Shown here: positions 22,247 through 32,947 of the stretch, one piece after another
Numbering within the stretch: the first letter of the stretch is position 1
Layout: every line of letters begins with the position of its first letter
Assembly: GCA_044222475.1 (NCBI GenBank)
Contig: JBGANF010000026.1
Coordinates: forward strand, 1-64,000
DNA length: 64,000 bases
From: Polyangiaceae bacterium
Lineage (GTDB): Bacteria > Myxococcota_A > Polyangia > Polyangiales > Polyangiaceae
Direction: 5' to 3'
Translations under genes and position numbers: made by a program
Notes under the pieces: generated by a model
The model's database searches: none
What the model saw: the letters and a program-made list of their open reading frames with translations, nothing else
What the model was told of the DNA's origin: nothing

Positions 22247-22714
22247 ATGCGCCTTTCGATCCGATTCGCCGTCGCCCTCGTCCTCTGCCCCACCCTCGGT
22301 GCGTGCGCCATGGGCGCCACGTCGCTCACGCCGCCGCTCAACAAGGACGGCGGCGCCGACTCGGCGGTCAAGGACGCCGGCACCAAGGACTCCGCCGCGA
22401 GCGACGCGAACGTCACGCCCGAAGCGGACATCCCCGACCAGATCGTCACGACCTGCAAGCTCCAGAACAGCTTCGGCAGTCCGTCGTGCGACAGCTGCAT
22501 GGAGCAATCGTGCTGCGCCGAGACGAACGGCTGCATGGGCAGCTCGCAGTGCTCGAGCTTCCTCGGCTGTCTCTCCAACTGCGTCGACGGCGACGGCGGG
22601 ATCGATCAGAACTGCGCGAACGGGTGCGCCTCGCAGAACCCGACCGGCGCGAACCAGTACGACAGCATGGTCTCGTGCGGCGACAGCTTCTGCCGCAATC
22701 AATGCTTCCAGTGA
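22247..22714 (+). CDS. Small Cys-rich lipoprotein
   Basis: Lipobox LGAC; C-terminal domain with about 14 Cys (CDSCMEQSCC...). Confidence 0.8.
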   Translation: MRLSIRFAVALVLCPTLGACAMGATSLTPPLNKDGGADSAVKDAGTKDSAASDANVTPEADIPDQIVTTCKLQNSFGSPSCDSCMEQSCCAETNGCMGSSQCSSFLGCLSNCVDGDGGIDQNCANGCASQNPTGANQYDSMVSCGDSFCRNQCFQ

Positions 22715-22724
22715 CTGACGCCGC

Positions 22725-23774
22725 TCAGTTCACTGCTTCCGGAGCATGCTCCGCGCCTCGGCGCATGCTCCTCACTTCGTGCAGCCGCGCCACGAGCGCG
22801 GGGTCGTGTCCGTTGCTCGCGAGGAGTTGCATGAGATAGCCCTCGGCCGCGTTCAGATCACCGGCCGCGAGCAGCACGTGCAGCGCGACGTCGACGCTGG
22901 GCGCGAAGCCCGCCGGCATCGTTCCGAGCGTGGCCAGCGCGGAGCGCGCGTCCCCGTCGAGGCACTGCCCCATCGCGAGGACCTCGGTCGCATACGCGAA
23001 CAGATGCGGCGTCTTCGCCTGGCGCCGCGCCTCGATCGCTGCTTGGATCATCGAGCGACCGTCGCGCGCGGCGAGCCAGCGCGGATAGTCCGTCGACAGC
23101 GACTTCTCGATCGACACGTCACCGCGAGTGGCCAGGTGAGCGCGCAGCCCGCGCACGTTGATCATCGCGAAGTTGGCGAACAGGATCAGGTTCCACAGGC
23201 TGCGTCCTCCACCCAGGAAGAGCATCACCGCGCCGAGCCCCGCGAGCATCAGCAGCGACACGATGCGCGCGATGAGCTCGCCGTCGCCCTTGAACAGCTT
23301 GATGAACGAACGGAGCGCGTTGCCGCCGTCGAGCGGGAGGATCGGGAACAGGTTGAAGAAGCCCCAGAAGATGTTCGCGAACAGGACGTCGTTGATGGCG
23401 GAGTCGGCGAGGCTGCCGTCCGGCACGTGGATGAACAACGACGCCACGTAGGTCGTGAACCCGAGCACCAAACTGACCGACGGACCCGCGAGGCTGACGA
23501 CGAACGATTTCCCCGGCGTGAGGTTCCGCCCGCTCGGCCAATACGTCATTCCGCCCATGCCGCCCAGCTCGATCGCGGGATCGAGCCCGAACGCCTTGCC
23601 GGCGAACGCGTGCCCGAGCTCGTGCGCCAGGATCGACACGAACACGATGGCGACCCAGATCGCGAGCGCCGCAGGGTTGGACCCGCCGCCGAGACCGAGG
23701 ATGACGGCGAGGATCAGAAACGAGGCCCGCACCCGCACGGGGAACCCGAAGATCTTGAAATGCGGGGGATCCAT
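22725..23774 (-). CDS. Site-2 protease (M50) family membrane metalloprotease
   Basis: HELGH, LAGP and NLFPILPLDGG motifs; multiple TM helices. Confidence 0.9.
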   Translation of the reverse strand: MDPPHFKIFGFPVRVRASFLILAVILGLGGGSNPAALAIWVAIVFVSILAHELGHAFAGKAFGLDPAIELGGMGGMTYWPSGRNLTPGKSFVVSLAGPSVSLVLGFTTYVASLFIHVPDGSLADSAINDVLFANIFWGFFNLFPILPLDGGNALRSFIKLFKGDGELIARIVSLLMLAGLGAVMLFLGGGRSLWNLILFANFAMINVRGLRAHLATRGDVSIEKSLSTDYPRWLAARDGRSMIQAAIEARRQAKTPHLFAYATEVLAMGQCLDGDARSALATLGTMPAGFAPSVDVALHVLLAAGDLNAAEGYLMQLLASNGHDPALVARLHEVRSMRRGAEHAPEAVN

Positions 23775-23813
23775 GTGGGGTAACTTCGTGCCGATGCACG
23801 ATTCCTGCAAGGC

Positions 23814-24692
23814 CTAATCCGAACGGAGTGCATCCACGAGCGCGGCGACACGCGGCGAACCGCGATGCTCGACCCGCCAAATCGCCCACACGCCGACCGG
23901 ACCGCTGGCCCATGCCGGGAGAACACGACGCAACGCCCCGACGGCGAGATCGTCCCCGACGAGCCACGGAGGGAGGAGCGCGACGCCGAGCCCCGCGAGC
24001 GCCGCCTCGCGCAGCGCGCCGGGCGCGCTCGATCGAAACGGGCCCCTCACCGTGACGTCGCACGATCGATCGGGGCCCACCAGGGTCCACTTCGAGTACG
24101 GCCCCGAGCGACCGACCTGGACGAGGCAGTCATGCTCTGCGAGGACCGCCGGATCCCTCGGGGTCCTTCGCTTGCGGAGGTAGGACGGCGCAGCGACGAG
24201 CACCCGGTCGAACTCGATGAGCCGCTGCGCGATGAGCCCCGCGGAGTCCGGCGGGCGCACGCCGCCACGCACCGCGACGTCGATCCCGTCCGCCAAGAGA
24301 TCGACGAGGTCGTCCTCCAAGCGAAGCTCGACGACGAGATCGCGGTGACGCTGATGCAGCGACAGCAGCCTGGGCAAGAGCCAGCGCTGTCCGAGCGTGA
24401 CGCCGGCGCTCACGACGAGCGTGCCGCGCACGCCGTGCTCGACGACGCTCTCTCTCGCCTCGTCGACGTCGCGGAGGATCCGAACGGCGCGCTCGTAGAA
24501 CGCGCGACCGCGCTCGGTCACGCTGAGCCGACGAGTCGAGCGGAGCACGAGCGGCGCCCCCAGCTCGCGCTCGAGCTCGGCGAGCTGACGGCTGATCGCC
24601 GGCAGTGAAAGCTTCTGCGCCCGCGCCGCCGCCGAGAGGCTGCCGAGCTCCACGATGCGCACGAAGCTCGCCAGCTGGACCAGGAGGTTCAC
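23814..24692 (-). CDS. LysR-family transcriptional regulator
   Basis: GSLSAAARAQKLSLPAISRQLAELERELG HTH, RSTRRLSVTERG; divergent from the SDR gene. Confidence 0.93.
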   Translation of the reverse strand: MNLLVQLASFVRIVELGSLSAAARAQKLSLPAISRQLAELERELGAPLVLRSTRRLSVTERGRAFYERAVRILRDVDEARESVVEHGVRGTLVVSAGVTLGQRWLLPRLLSLHQRHRDLVVELRLEDDLVDLLADGIDVAVRGGVRPPDSAGLIAQRLIEFDRVLVAAPSYLRKRRTPRDPAVLAEHDCLVQVGRSGPYSKWTLVGPDRSCDVTVRGPFRSSAPGALREAALAGLGVALLPPWLVGDDLAVGALRRVLPAWASGPVGVWAIWRVEHRGSPRVAALVDALRSD

Positions 24693-24825
24693 GGAGCGAG
24701 CGTGGTCGATTCTTTACAGATACGCAAGAGTCTCTCCGCGGGCGAGCACCTACCGGAGGCGCGTCGCCGGTGTGATGGATGGGCATCGAGCGCGACGTAC
24801 CGCGCGATCGAAAGGAAGTCCTCCC

Positions 24826-25545
24826 ATGAAGCTCCACGACTCCACCGTCCTCGTCACCGGTGCAAACCGCGGCCTCGGCCAGGCGCTCGTCGCCGCGCTG
24901 CTCGAGCAGGGCGCGCGCAGGATCTACGCCGCCGCCCGCGACCCGAAGAAGGTCGTCCCGCCTGCCGGAGCGGGCGATCGCGTCGTCGCGCTCGCCCTCG
25001 ACGTCACCGATCCCCGCCAGATCGAAGCCGCCGCGGCGCACGCCGAGGGCGTGACGTTGATCCTCAACAACGCCGGCTCGCTCGCGTCGTTCGGCGTCCT
25101 CTCGTCGACGCCGGACGCGCTCGACCAGGACTACCGCACCAACGTGACCGGGCCGCTCCTGGTGGCGCGCGCGTTCGCGCCGCTGCTCGAGGCGCGCGGC
25201 GGAGGCGCCATCGCGAACGTCCTCAGCGTCGTCTCCTTCGCCAGCATGCCCTCGATCGGCGGCTACTCGGCCTCGAAGGCGGCGGCGTACTCGATCACGC
25301 AGTCGCTCCGCGCCGAGCTCGCGCCGAAGAAGATCGCCGTCCACGCGATCTTCCCCGGTCCGGTCGACACCGACATGGTCCGCAGGTTCGATCTCGCGAA
25401 GACCAAGCCCGAGCTCGTCGCGCAGGCGATCCTCCGCGGGATCGCCGAAGGTCGCGACGACATCTTCCCCGATCCCATGTCGGAGCAGGTGCACGCGTCG
25501 TGGGCGCGTGACCCGGCCGCCGTCGCGCGTCAGTTCGCCGGCTGA
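24826..25545 (+). CDS. Short-chain dehydrogenase/reductase
   Basis: TGANRGLG, NNAG, YSASK catalytic motif, PGPVDT; AAGGA RBS. Confidence 0.93.
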   Translation: MKLHDSTVLVTGANRGLGQALVAALLEQGARRIYAAARDPKKVVPPAGAGDRVVALALDVTDPRQIEAAAAHAEGVTLILNNAGSLASFGVLSSTPDALDQDYRTNVTGPLLVARAFAPLLEARGGGAIANVLSVVSFASMPSIGGYSASKAAAYSITQSLRAELAPKKIAVHAIFPGPVDTDMVRRFDLAKTKPELVAQAILRGIAEGRDDIFPDPMSEQVHASWARDPAAVARQFAG

Positions 25546-25548
25546 CGC

Positions 25549-27834
25549 TCAGTTCGTCCGGCAGCGCGCGAGGAGCCGCTTCGTTCCATCCGCGCGCCCT
25601 CCCGCCGATCCTCGGAACGGATCGCCGTCCGTGCCGAGGATCGCGCGCAGCTTCTCGACCGCGGCGCGATCGCCGAGGGCGCACGCGCACACCGCGCGCT
25701 GCCGAAACGCCTCGCGCCGCGCGCGCTGCGGAACCGCCCCTTCCGGAGACGAAAGGACGCGATCGAAGCGAACCGCCGCGTCGGCCCAGTAGCCGCGCTG
25801 CACCAAGTTCTTCCCCACGAGGTACGACGGCAGCGGCGCGCCGGACGACGTCGCCTCCCATGCGGTGAGGAGCCCGAGCGCCATGTTGCCGTCCGCCGGG
25901 TGCTCCTTTTCGCCGATGAGCAGCATCGCGACCGGGCGGCGCGCGTCGGGGTCGCGCGCGGCGAGCGCCTTCACCTCGAGCGTGCGCGCGGTGTCCTCGT
26001 CCGGGATCTCGCGCGCGAGCTCGCCGTACGCGATCGCGGCCGCCTCCCCCTGCCCGTCCAGCAGGTCCTGATCGGCCAGCGCTTCGCGGGCCTTGTGCCG
26101 CACCGAGAGCGTCGTCGTCTCGTCCGCGGCGAGCTCGCGGAGCGCGGCGCGACCGGCGTCGCGTTCGCCGAAGCGAGCCTCCATGCCCGCGCGCGACAGC
26201 TGCGCGTTCCACTCGTGGGGGTCGCGCGCGAGGACGGTCGCGTACAGACGGCGCGCGTCGTCGAGGCGGCGTGCGTCGCGGCACGAGTCGGCTTCGCGCT
26301 TCAGCGCGTCGACCTCGTGCGGGCATCGCCGCCCCCAGATGCTCGGGCGCTCGAACTTCGACTGCACGTACGAGTCGGCGGCGGGGAGCAGCGGCGTCGC
26401 CTCGAGGTGGGCGCGGAACTCGCCGTCGAGCGCGTCGATGCTCTTGCCGTAGACGCCCTCGACGGTGCCTCCCGCGTACCAGGCGCGCATCTTCTCCATC
26501 CCGTACGTCTGCTCGAGGAAGCGAACGAACGCCCCGGCGAGCGTGTAGCTCTTCGCCGCCGATCCGGCGAGGAACCCCGTACCAAAGAGGGACCGCATCG
26601 GCGGCAAGGTCTTGCGCGCGAGCATCGCGCGGGCCCACGTCTCGTCGGTGAGCTCGTCGTCGTCGGGCGACGCCGCGACCGCGACGCCCTCGATGAGGCC
26701 CGGGTTCGGGATCAGCCCGCCCGCCTCGCCGGCGACCTTGAACGGACCGTTGCCGAATCGACCGGCCACGACGTGGGCGATCTCGTGTCCCAACACGGGA
26801 TGCGGGTAGCTCGCGAGCTGGAGGTAGACCTCGTCGCGCCAGGGCTTCGCGATGTACGTGTCGGCCGCGCCCATCAGGCGCTTCTTGTCGGCCGAGTCGC
26901 GGAAGAAGAACGCGGTGAGCCGCTCGGGCCCGCGGACGCCGAAGTGGGCCTCGACCTCCGCGAGCTCCTCCTCGCAATCCTTGAGGACCAACGCGGCTTC
27001 GTCGTCGCGGAGCGACGTCGGGTAGATCACCGTGCAGCGCGCGCCGTCCTTCCGGGCGCCGAGATCCTTCGCGATGCTCGCCGCCGTCGACCAGTGGCCG
27101 AGGCGCACGCCGGACGCGGTGAGGGTGACCGTGCCCACGAGCGCGACGGCCGTGAGGAGCGCGCGCAACCGATGGCGCGGCGCGAGCACCGGGACCTTGC
27201 GCAGCCGCCCACCCGACCGGCGCAGCAGCGACGCGAACGCGAACCCGAAGACGAGCGTCGCCGTCGTACCAAGTCGGTACCACAGGAGCGCCGGCCCCGG
27301 CTCGACGACGGTGTCGTAGAGGGTGCCGCTGAAGTACCCGACGAACGGATCGTACGCGTAGATCATCGGCGACGTCGCGAACCGGCCGACGCTGATCAGC
27401 GCCGACGCGAGCGGCCCGGCGAAGGCGAGCAGCACCGCGACGGTCTTGCGGAAGCGCCGGCCGCGCGCGACCTCGCCCACGACCACGCCCCAAAGGCCGG
27501 CCAGCGCCGCGCCGAAGCCGGCGGTGAGCGCGAAGTACGCGAGCCCACCCCAGAGGTCGCACGTCCCCACCCGCAGCCCGTGAAGCAGCCCGATCACCAC
27601 CGCGACGAGCGCGACGATCAGGCCCGAGCCGACTCCGCTCCGAACCGCGGCGCCGGGGCGCGGCGCGCGCGCCGCGGACAGCGCGAGCGCGCGATCGATG
27701 GCGACCGCCGACGGCAGGACGAGGCCGCACGCGAACGAGTACTCGTAGCCGACGCCGCCGAAGAGCGGGAGGAACCCGATGGCTCCGGTGACGATCGCCG
27801 TGAAGATCGCCGCGCGCAGCGACCCACGAATCAC
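25549..27834 (-). CDS. Multi-TM membrane protein with an HExxH metallopeptidase-like domain and TPR-like C terminus
   Basis: About 6 hydrophobic helices, then [10 protein letters not shown]...LIEGVA (gluzincin-type), then helical repeats; coupled to lon. Confidence 0.75.
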   Translation of the reverse strand: MIRGSLRAAIFTAIVTGAIGFLPLFGGVGYEYSFACGLVLPSAVAIDRALALSAARAPRPGAAVRSGVGSGLIVALVAVVIGLLHGLRVGTCDLWGGLAYFALTAGFGAALAGLWGVVVGEVARGRRFRKTVAVLLAFAGPLASALISVGRFATSPMIYAYDPFVGYFSGTLYDTVVEPGPALLWYRLGTTATLVFGFAFASLLRRSGGRLRKVPVLAPRHRLRALLTAVALVGTVTLTASGVRLGHWSTAASIAKDLGARKDGARCTVIYPTSLRDDEAALVLKDCEEELAEVEAHFGVRGPERLTAFFFRDSADKKRLMGAADTYIAKPWRDEVYLQLASYPHPVLGHEIAHVVAGRFGNGPFKVAGEAGGLIPNPGLIEGVAVAASPDDDELTDETWARAMLARKTLPPMRSLFGTGFLAGSAAKSYTLAGAFVRFLEQTYGMEKMRAWYAGGTVEGVYGKSIDALDGEFRAHLEATPLLPAADSYVQSKFERPSIWGRRCPHEVDALKREADSCRDARRLDDARRLYATVLARDPHEWNAQLSRAGMEARFGERDAGRAALRELAADETTTLSVRHKAREALADQDLLDGQGEAAAIAYGELAREIPDEDTARTLEVKALAARDPDARRPVAMLLIGEKEHPADGNMALGLLTAWEATSSGAPLPSYLVGKNLVQRGYWADAAVRFDRVLSSPEGAVPQRARREAFRQRAVCACALGDRAAVEKLRAILGTDGDPFRGSAGGRADGTKRLLARCRTN

Positions 27835-30218
27835 GGCCCGCCTACGACGGGCTCGCTTTCAGGATCGGGTGGAGGCGGCGGCGCGGAGATGGGGGGCGCG
27901 AGCACGAGCGAGAGCACCTCGTCGACGCGCTTCACGAGGTGGACCTCGAGGTTGTCGCGAACGTCCTTCGGGACGTCGTCGAGGTCGCGCTCGTTCTTCG
28001 CCGGGACGAGCACGGTCTTGATGCCGGCGCGGTGAGCCGCGAGGAGCTTCTCTTTGATCCCGCCGACGGGGAGCACGTTTCCGCGCAAGGTGAGCTCCCC
28101 GGTCATCGCGACGTCGCGCTTGACCGGCGCGCCGAGGAGCAGCGACGCGACGGCGCTGAAGATCGCGATGCCCGCGCTCGGACCGTCCTTCGGGGTCCCG
28201 CCCTTGGGGAAGTGGATGTGCAGGTCGATCGACTTCAGGAACTCGGGATCGAGGTGGAGCCGCTCGGCGCGGCTGCGGATGAACGACACCGCGGCCTGAG
28301 CCGACTCCTCCATCACGCTCTTCAGGTTTCCGGTGATCGCGACGCCGCCCTTGCCGGGCATCTTCGTCGCCTCGATGAACAGGATGTCTCCGCCGGACGG
28401 CGTCCACGCGAGGCCGGTGGCCACGCCGGGCTGCATCTCGCGCTCGGCGAGGTCGGGCACGTGGCGCGGCGGGCCCAGCACCTTCTCGACGAACTCGCGG
28501 TTGGCCTTCTCGTGCACGTCCTCGCCGGAGGCGAGCCGCATCGCGACCGCGCGGCACACCGCGCCGATCTCGCGCTCGAGCCCGCGCACGCCGGCTTCAC
28601 GGGTGTAGCTGTCGACGATGGCCTCGATGCCGTCGTCCTCGAAGTCGAGCCGCTCGTCGGTCAAGCCGTGGCTCGCGAGCTGCTTCGGGATCAGGTGCTG
28701 CGACGCGATGCTCTTCTTCTCGCGGCGGGTGTACCCCGGGACCTCGATGACCTCGAGCCGGTCCCACAAGGGGGCCGGGATCGTGTCCGGGTTGTTCGCG
28801 GTCGCGAGGAACGTGACCTGCGAGAGATCGAACGGCGTGTCGATGTAGTGGTCCTGGAAGGTGTTGTTCTGCGCGGGGTCGAGCACCTCGAGCAGGGCGG
28901 CCGCCGGGTCGCCCATCATGTCGACGCCCATCTTGTCGACCTCGTCGAGGACGAACACCGGGTTCTTCACGCCGATCTTCTTGAGGCCCTGGAGGATGCG
29001 ACCCGGGAGCGCGCCGACATAGGTGCGGCGGTGACCGCGGATCTCGGCCTCGTCGCGGACGCCGCCGAGGGCGATGCGGTGGTAGCGACGCCCCATCGAG
29101 CGCGCGATCGACCGGCCGAGCGACGTCTTGCCGACGCCGGGGGGTCCGATGAAGCAGAGGATCGGCCCCTTCTTGTCGGCCCGGAGCTTCCGCACCGCGA
29201 TGTACTCGACGATGCGCTTCTTCACCTTGTCGAGGCCGTAGTGATCCTCGTCGAGGCAGCGCCGCACGTCTTCGACGTCGAGCTTGTCTTGGGTGACCTT
29301 CGACCACGGCAGATCGGAGAGCCACTCGACGTAGTTGCGCGTCACGTTGTACTCGGCGCTCTGCTGCGCCATGCCGGCGAGGCGCGAGAGCTGCTTCTTC
29401 GCGATCTTCATCGCGTCTTCGGGGAGCTGAGCCTTGCGGATGCGCTCCCGGAGCGCCTCGACCTCGTCGTCCTCGCTCGCCTCGCCGAGCTCTTCGCGGA
29501 TGCTGCGGAGCTGCTGGCGAAGGATCTGCTCGCGCTGGGCCTTGCCTTCGTCGGCGACGAGGGTCGAGACCTCTTGCCGGACGCGCAGCATGTCGAGCTG
29601 GCGCTGGATCATCGCGAGCACGACGCGCACGCGCGCCTTCGCGTCGAACGTCTCGAGGACCTTCTGTTTGTCGGCGACCGAGGCCTGCTCTTGGGTCAGG
29701 TTCGACGCGACCAGATCGGCGAGGGCGCCGCTCTCGCGCACGTTGTCGAGGACGGACGCGGTCTCCTTCGGGAGGCTCGGCGTCAGGGTGAGCACCTCGC
29801 GCATGACCTCGCGCAGCTTCGCCCCGAGCGCGTCGAGCTCGGCGTCGCGCTCGAGGTCCTCCGGGATGCGGCGGATCTTCGCGGTCATGAACGGCTCGAG
29901 CGACGCCTGCGAGATCATCTCGAGGCGGGCGAGCCCGTGGAGGACCACCGAGTAGTTCGACGGACCGATACGGATGACCTTGACGACGCGCGCGACGGTA
30001 CCAATTCGGTACAAGTCGTCGAACATCGGCTCGTCGATCTCGGAGTCCTTCTGGCTCACGATCCCGACGACGGCGCGCTCCTTCTCGAGCAGCTCCTCGA
30101 CGAGGCGCACGCTCCGCGCGCGGCCGACGTTGATCGGCACGACGCTCGCGGGAAAGACGACGCTGTTGCGAAGCGGGAGGAGGGGGAGTGTTTCGGGGGT
30201 CCGAGGATCGGAAGTCAC
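27831..30218 (-). CDS. lon: ATP-dependent protease La
   Basis: LPLLPLRN N-domain, [27 protein letters not shown] catalytic Ser, PVGGIKEK. Confidence 0.97.
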   Translation of the reverse strand: MTSDPRTPETLPLLPLRNSVVFPASVVPINVGRARSVRLVEELLEKERAVVGIVSQKDSEIDEPMFDDLYRIGTVARVVKVIRIGPSNYSVVLHGLARLEMISQASLEPFMTAKIRRIPEDLERDAELDALGAKLREVMREVLTLTPSLPKETASVLDNVRESGALADLVASNLTQEQASVADKQKVLETFDAKARVRVVLAMIQRQLDMLRVRQEVSTLVADEGKAQREQILRQQLRSIREELGEASEDDEVEALRERIRKAQLPEDAMKIAKKQLSRLAGMAQQSAEYNVTRNYVEWLSDLPWSKVTQDKLDVEDVRRCLDEDHYGLDKVKKRIVEYIAVRKLRADKKGPILCFIGPPGVGKTSLGRSIARSMGRRYHRIALGGVRDEAEIRGHRRTYVGALPGRILQGLKKIGVKNPVFVLDEVDKMGVDMMGDPAAALLEVLDPAQNNTFQDHYIDTPFDLSQVTFLATANNPDTIPAPLWDRLEVIEVPGYTRREKKSIASQHLIPKQLASHGLTDERLDFEDDGIEAIVDSYTREAGVRGLEREIGAVCRAVAMRLASGEDVHEKANREFVEKVLGPPRHVPDLAEREMQPGVATGLAWTPSGGDILFIEATKMPGKGGVAITGNLKSVMEESAQAAVSFIRSRAERLHLDPEFLKSIDLHIHFPKGGTPKDGPSAGIAIFSAVASLLLGAPVKRDVAMTGELTLRGNVLPVGGIKEKLLAAHRAGIKTVLVPAKNERDLDDVPKDVRDNLEVHLVKRVDEVLSLVLAPPISAPPPPPDPESEPVVGGP

Positions 30219-30268
30219 GACATTTGGGCTATAGCACGCGCGGCGCTTGTGCTACCCATTCCCCACAC

Positions 30269-30934
30269 ATGCGTCGGTTCGTCCCTCTCGCGCTGGTGGC
30301 GGTTTCCTCGCTCGCGCTTGCTTGCGGCGGCGCAAACGCGACCGACCCCGGGTCGACCCTCCGGGACTACGGAAAGGCCCTCGAGGAGGGCCGCGCCGAC
30401 GACGCGTACCGGCTCCTGAGCGACGAAGCGCGACGCGGCGTCTCGGTCGAAGCCTTCCGCCGCATGGTGAAGGACAACCCGGAGGAGGTGCGCGAGCTCG
30501 GCCACTCCCTCGGCCGCCCGACCGCGCGCCCGGTCGTCACCGCCGTCGTCACCGCGCCCGACGGGCAGGATCTCCACCTCGTCCTCGAAGACGGCGTGTG
30601 GAAGGTCGACGCGTCGGCGGTCGACCTCTACGCCCAGGACACGCCGAAGCACGCGGTCCAGGGCTTCGTGCGCGCGCTCGAGCGCAAGCGCTACGACGTC
30701 GTCCTTCGCTACGTCCCCGAGTCGCATCGCGAGGGCCTCGACGCGGCCAAGCTCAAGGCGGCGTGGGAAGGTGACGAGAAGAACAGCGTCGAGCAGCTCG
30801 TCGCCGCGCTGAAGCAAGCGCTGCCCACCGCCGCGATCGAAGAAGCGGGCGAGCGCGCGACGATGACGCACGGCGCGGGCACCCTGCAGCTCGTCCGCGA
30901 GCACGGTCTCTGGAAGATCGAGAACTTCGACTGA
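30269..30934 (+). CDS. Lipoprotein with two tandem NTF2-like repeats
   Basis: Lipobox ALAC; internal duplication ending LVLEDGVWKVD and LVREHGLWKIE. Confidence 0.8.
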   Translation: MRRFVPLALVAVSSLALACGGANATDPGSTLRDYGKALEEGRADDAYRLLSDEARRGVSVEAFRRMVKDNPEEVRELGHSLGRPTARPVVTAVVTAPDGQDLHLVLEDGVWKVDASAVDLYAQDTPKHAVQGFVRALERKRYDVVLRYVPESHREGLDAAKLKAAWEGDEKNSVEQLVAALKQALPTAAIEEAGERATMTHGAGTLQLVREHGLWKIENFD

Positions 30935-30938
30935 GACC

Positions 30939-32906
30939 ATGACCGACCTACCCGAAGCCTTGGGGGCCGAGCTCGTCGCAGCGCTCGAGAAGAAGGGCTA
31001 CGCCTCGCTCACGCCGGTGCAGCTCGCGGTGCTGCGCCCCGAGCTCGAGGGGCGCGACCTCCGGATCACGTCGCAGACGGGCTCGGGCAAGACCGTCGCG
31101 GTCGGCATCGCGCTCCGCGACGTCGTCAAGGACAAGGAAGCGGGCGCTCCTCGCGCGCTGCTCATCACGCCCACCCGCGAGCTCGCGAAGCAGGTCGAGC
31201 AGGAGCTCCGATGGCTCTACGCGCCGCTCGGCGTCGACGTGACCTCCGTCACCGGCGGCGCGAGCTACCGCGACGAGTACCGCGCGCTCTCGCGCAAGCC
31301 GGCGATCGTCGTCGGTACGCCGGGGCGCCTCCGCGATCACCTCGAGCGCGGCGGTCTCGCGACCGACGCGATCCGCGCCGTCGTCCTCGACGAAGCGGAC
31401 CGCATGCTCGACATGGGGTTCAAGGAGGAGATCGACGCGATCCTCGCGAAGGCCCCGAAGGAGCGTCGCACGATCCTGCTCTCGGCGACGTTCCCTCGCG
31501 AGGTCAAGGCCCTCGCCGATCGCGTGCAGCGCGATCCGGCGTTCGTCGAAGGCACGCCCCTCGGCGCGGCCAACACCGACATCGAGCACTTGATCCACGT
31601 CGTGGCTCCGCGCGATCGGCTCGACGCGATCGTGAACCTCTTGCTCGCCACGCCGGAGGCGCCTTCGCTCATCTTCGTGCGCACCCGCGCCGACGTGGCG
31701 GAGCTCGCCGGATTGTTGCAAGGTGCAGGTTTCTCGATTGGCTCCCTCTCGGGCGACATGGAGCAACCCGAGCGCGACCGCGCGCTCGCCGCGTTCAAGC
31801 GCGGGTCGATCCAGGCGCTCGTCGCGACGGACGTGGCAGCGCGCGGGATCGACGTCCAGGAGATCGGCCGCGTGATCCACGCCGAGCCGCCGAACGACGC
31901 CGACACGTACACCCACCGAAGCGGCCGCACCGGTCGCGCGGGGCGTCAGGGCATCTCGTCGGTGCTCGCCGCGCCGGCCGCGATGCGCCGGGTCACCGGG
32001 CTGCTCTCGCGCGCGAAGGTTCGCTGGCGCCTCGCGCCCCTGCCCACGGCCGAGGAGCTTCGGGCGAGCGCCGCGGAGCGCGTCTTCGTGGAGCTCACGA
32101 AGGAAGGCACGGACGAGATCGACGAGGCGATCTGGAACCTCGCCAAGCGGCTGGGCAAGGAGGAGGAGTCTCGGACGCGGATCCTCGCGCGGCTGCTCGC
32201 CAAGGGCAGGCTCTTCGGCGCCGCCGAGCCGCGGGAGGTTCGTACCATTTCGGTACAAGCGGCGGTCGACCGTGGTCCCCCGCCCCGCCGCGACTTCGAG
32301 CGGCCCCGCCGCGAGCATGATGGGCCGCGCCCGCAGCGCGACTACGATGCACCGCGCCGCGAGTGGGGCGCGCCCCGCCGCGAGGCGGCTCCGCCGGACG
32401 CGGCCGGAGCGTCCCAAGACCTACGGTGGACCAAGTTCCGCGTGACGTGGGGCGGCATCCACGGAGCCGATGCACGCCGAGTGCTCGCCATGCTGTGCCG
32501 GCGTGGCGGCATCCAGGGCACCGACATCGGGGCGATCACGGTGGACCGGAATTTCTCGACGGTCGACGTGTCGAGCGCGGTCGCCGAGCGATTCGCCGAA
32601 GCGGCCGGACGCCCCGATCCGCGAGACCCGCGGGTGAAGGTGTTCCGCGATCGCGCCCCGGGCGAGGGCGCGCCGCCGATCCCGCCGCCGCGGCGGAGCT
32701 CGCGCAAGCTGCCCGAGGCCGAGGCGATCCCGCCGCCGCGACGGAGCTCGCGCAAGCTGCCCGAGGCCACGCCGCCCGTTCCGCCGCCGCGGAAGAGCGC
32801 CCGCAAGCTCGACGCCGGTTCCCCGCGGCCCACGGGACACATGGGCGGCGGGCACGTGGTGCGCCGGCCGAAGAAGCAGCACCGCAAAGGTCAGCCGCGT
32901 TCGTGA
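30939..32906 (+). CDS. DEAD-box RNA helicase with DbpA-type RNA-binding domain (DeaD/CsdA-like)
   Basis: TGSGKT, PTRELA, TPGR, DEAD, SAT, ARGID, HRSGRTGRAG; C-terminal DIGAI domain and basic tail. Confidence 0.93.
   Translation: MTDLPEALGAELVAALEKKGYASLTPVQLAVLRPELEGRDLRITSQTGSGKTVAVGIALRDVVKDKEAGAPRALLITPTRELAKQVEQELRWLYAPLGVDVTSVTGGASYRDEYRALSRKPAIVVGTPGRLRDHLERGGLATDAIRAVVLDEADRMLDMGFKEEIDAILAKAPKERRTILLSATFPREVKALADRVQRDPAFVEGTPLGAANTDIEHLIHVVAPRDRLDAIVNLLLATPEAPSLIFVRTRADVAELAGLLQGAGFSIGSLSGDMEQPERDRALAAFKRGSIQALVATDVAARGIDVQEIGRVIHAEPPNDADTYTHRSGRTGRAGRQGISSVLAAPAAMRRVTGLLSRAKVRWRLAPLPTAEELRASAAERVFVELTKEGTDEIDEAIWNLAKRLGKEEESRTRILARLLAKGRLFGAAEPREVRTISVQAAVDRGPPPRRDFERPRREHDGPRPQRDYDAPRREWGAPRREAAPPDAAGASQDLRWTKFRVTWGGIHGADARRVLAMLCRRGGIQGTDIGAITVDRNFSTVDVSSAVAERFAEAAGRPDPRDPRVKVFRDRAPGEGAPPIPPPRRSSRKLPEAEAIPPPRRSSRKLPEATPPVPPPRKSARKLDAGSPRPTGHMGGGHVVRRPKKQHRKGQPRS
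32679..32810 (+). repeat. Three coding tandem repeats (48-51 nt), [IV]PPPR[RK]S[SA]RKL
   Basis: Units start at 32679, 32727 and 32778. Confidence 0.85.
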
Positions 32907-32947
32907 GTCGTTGACGGAATCGCGGTGTGCGGCCATCGTCGGAGTGC

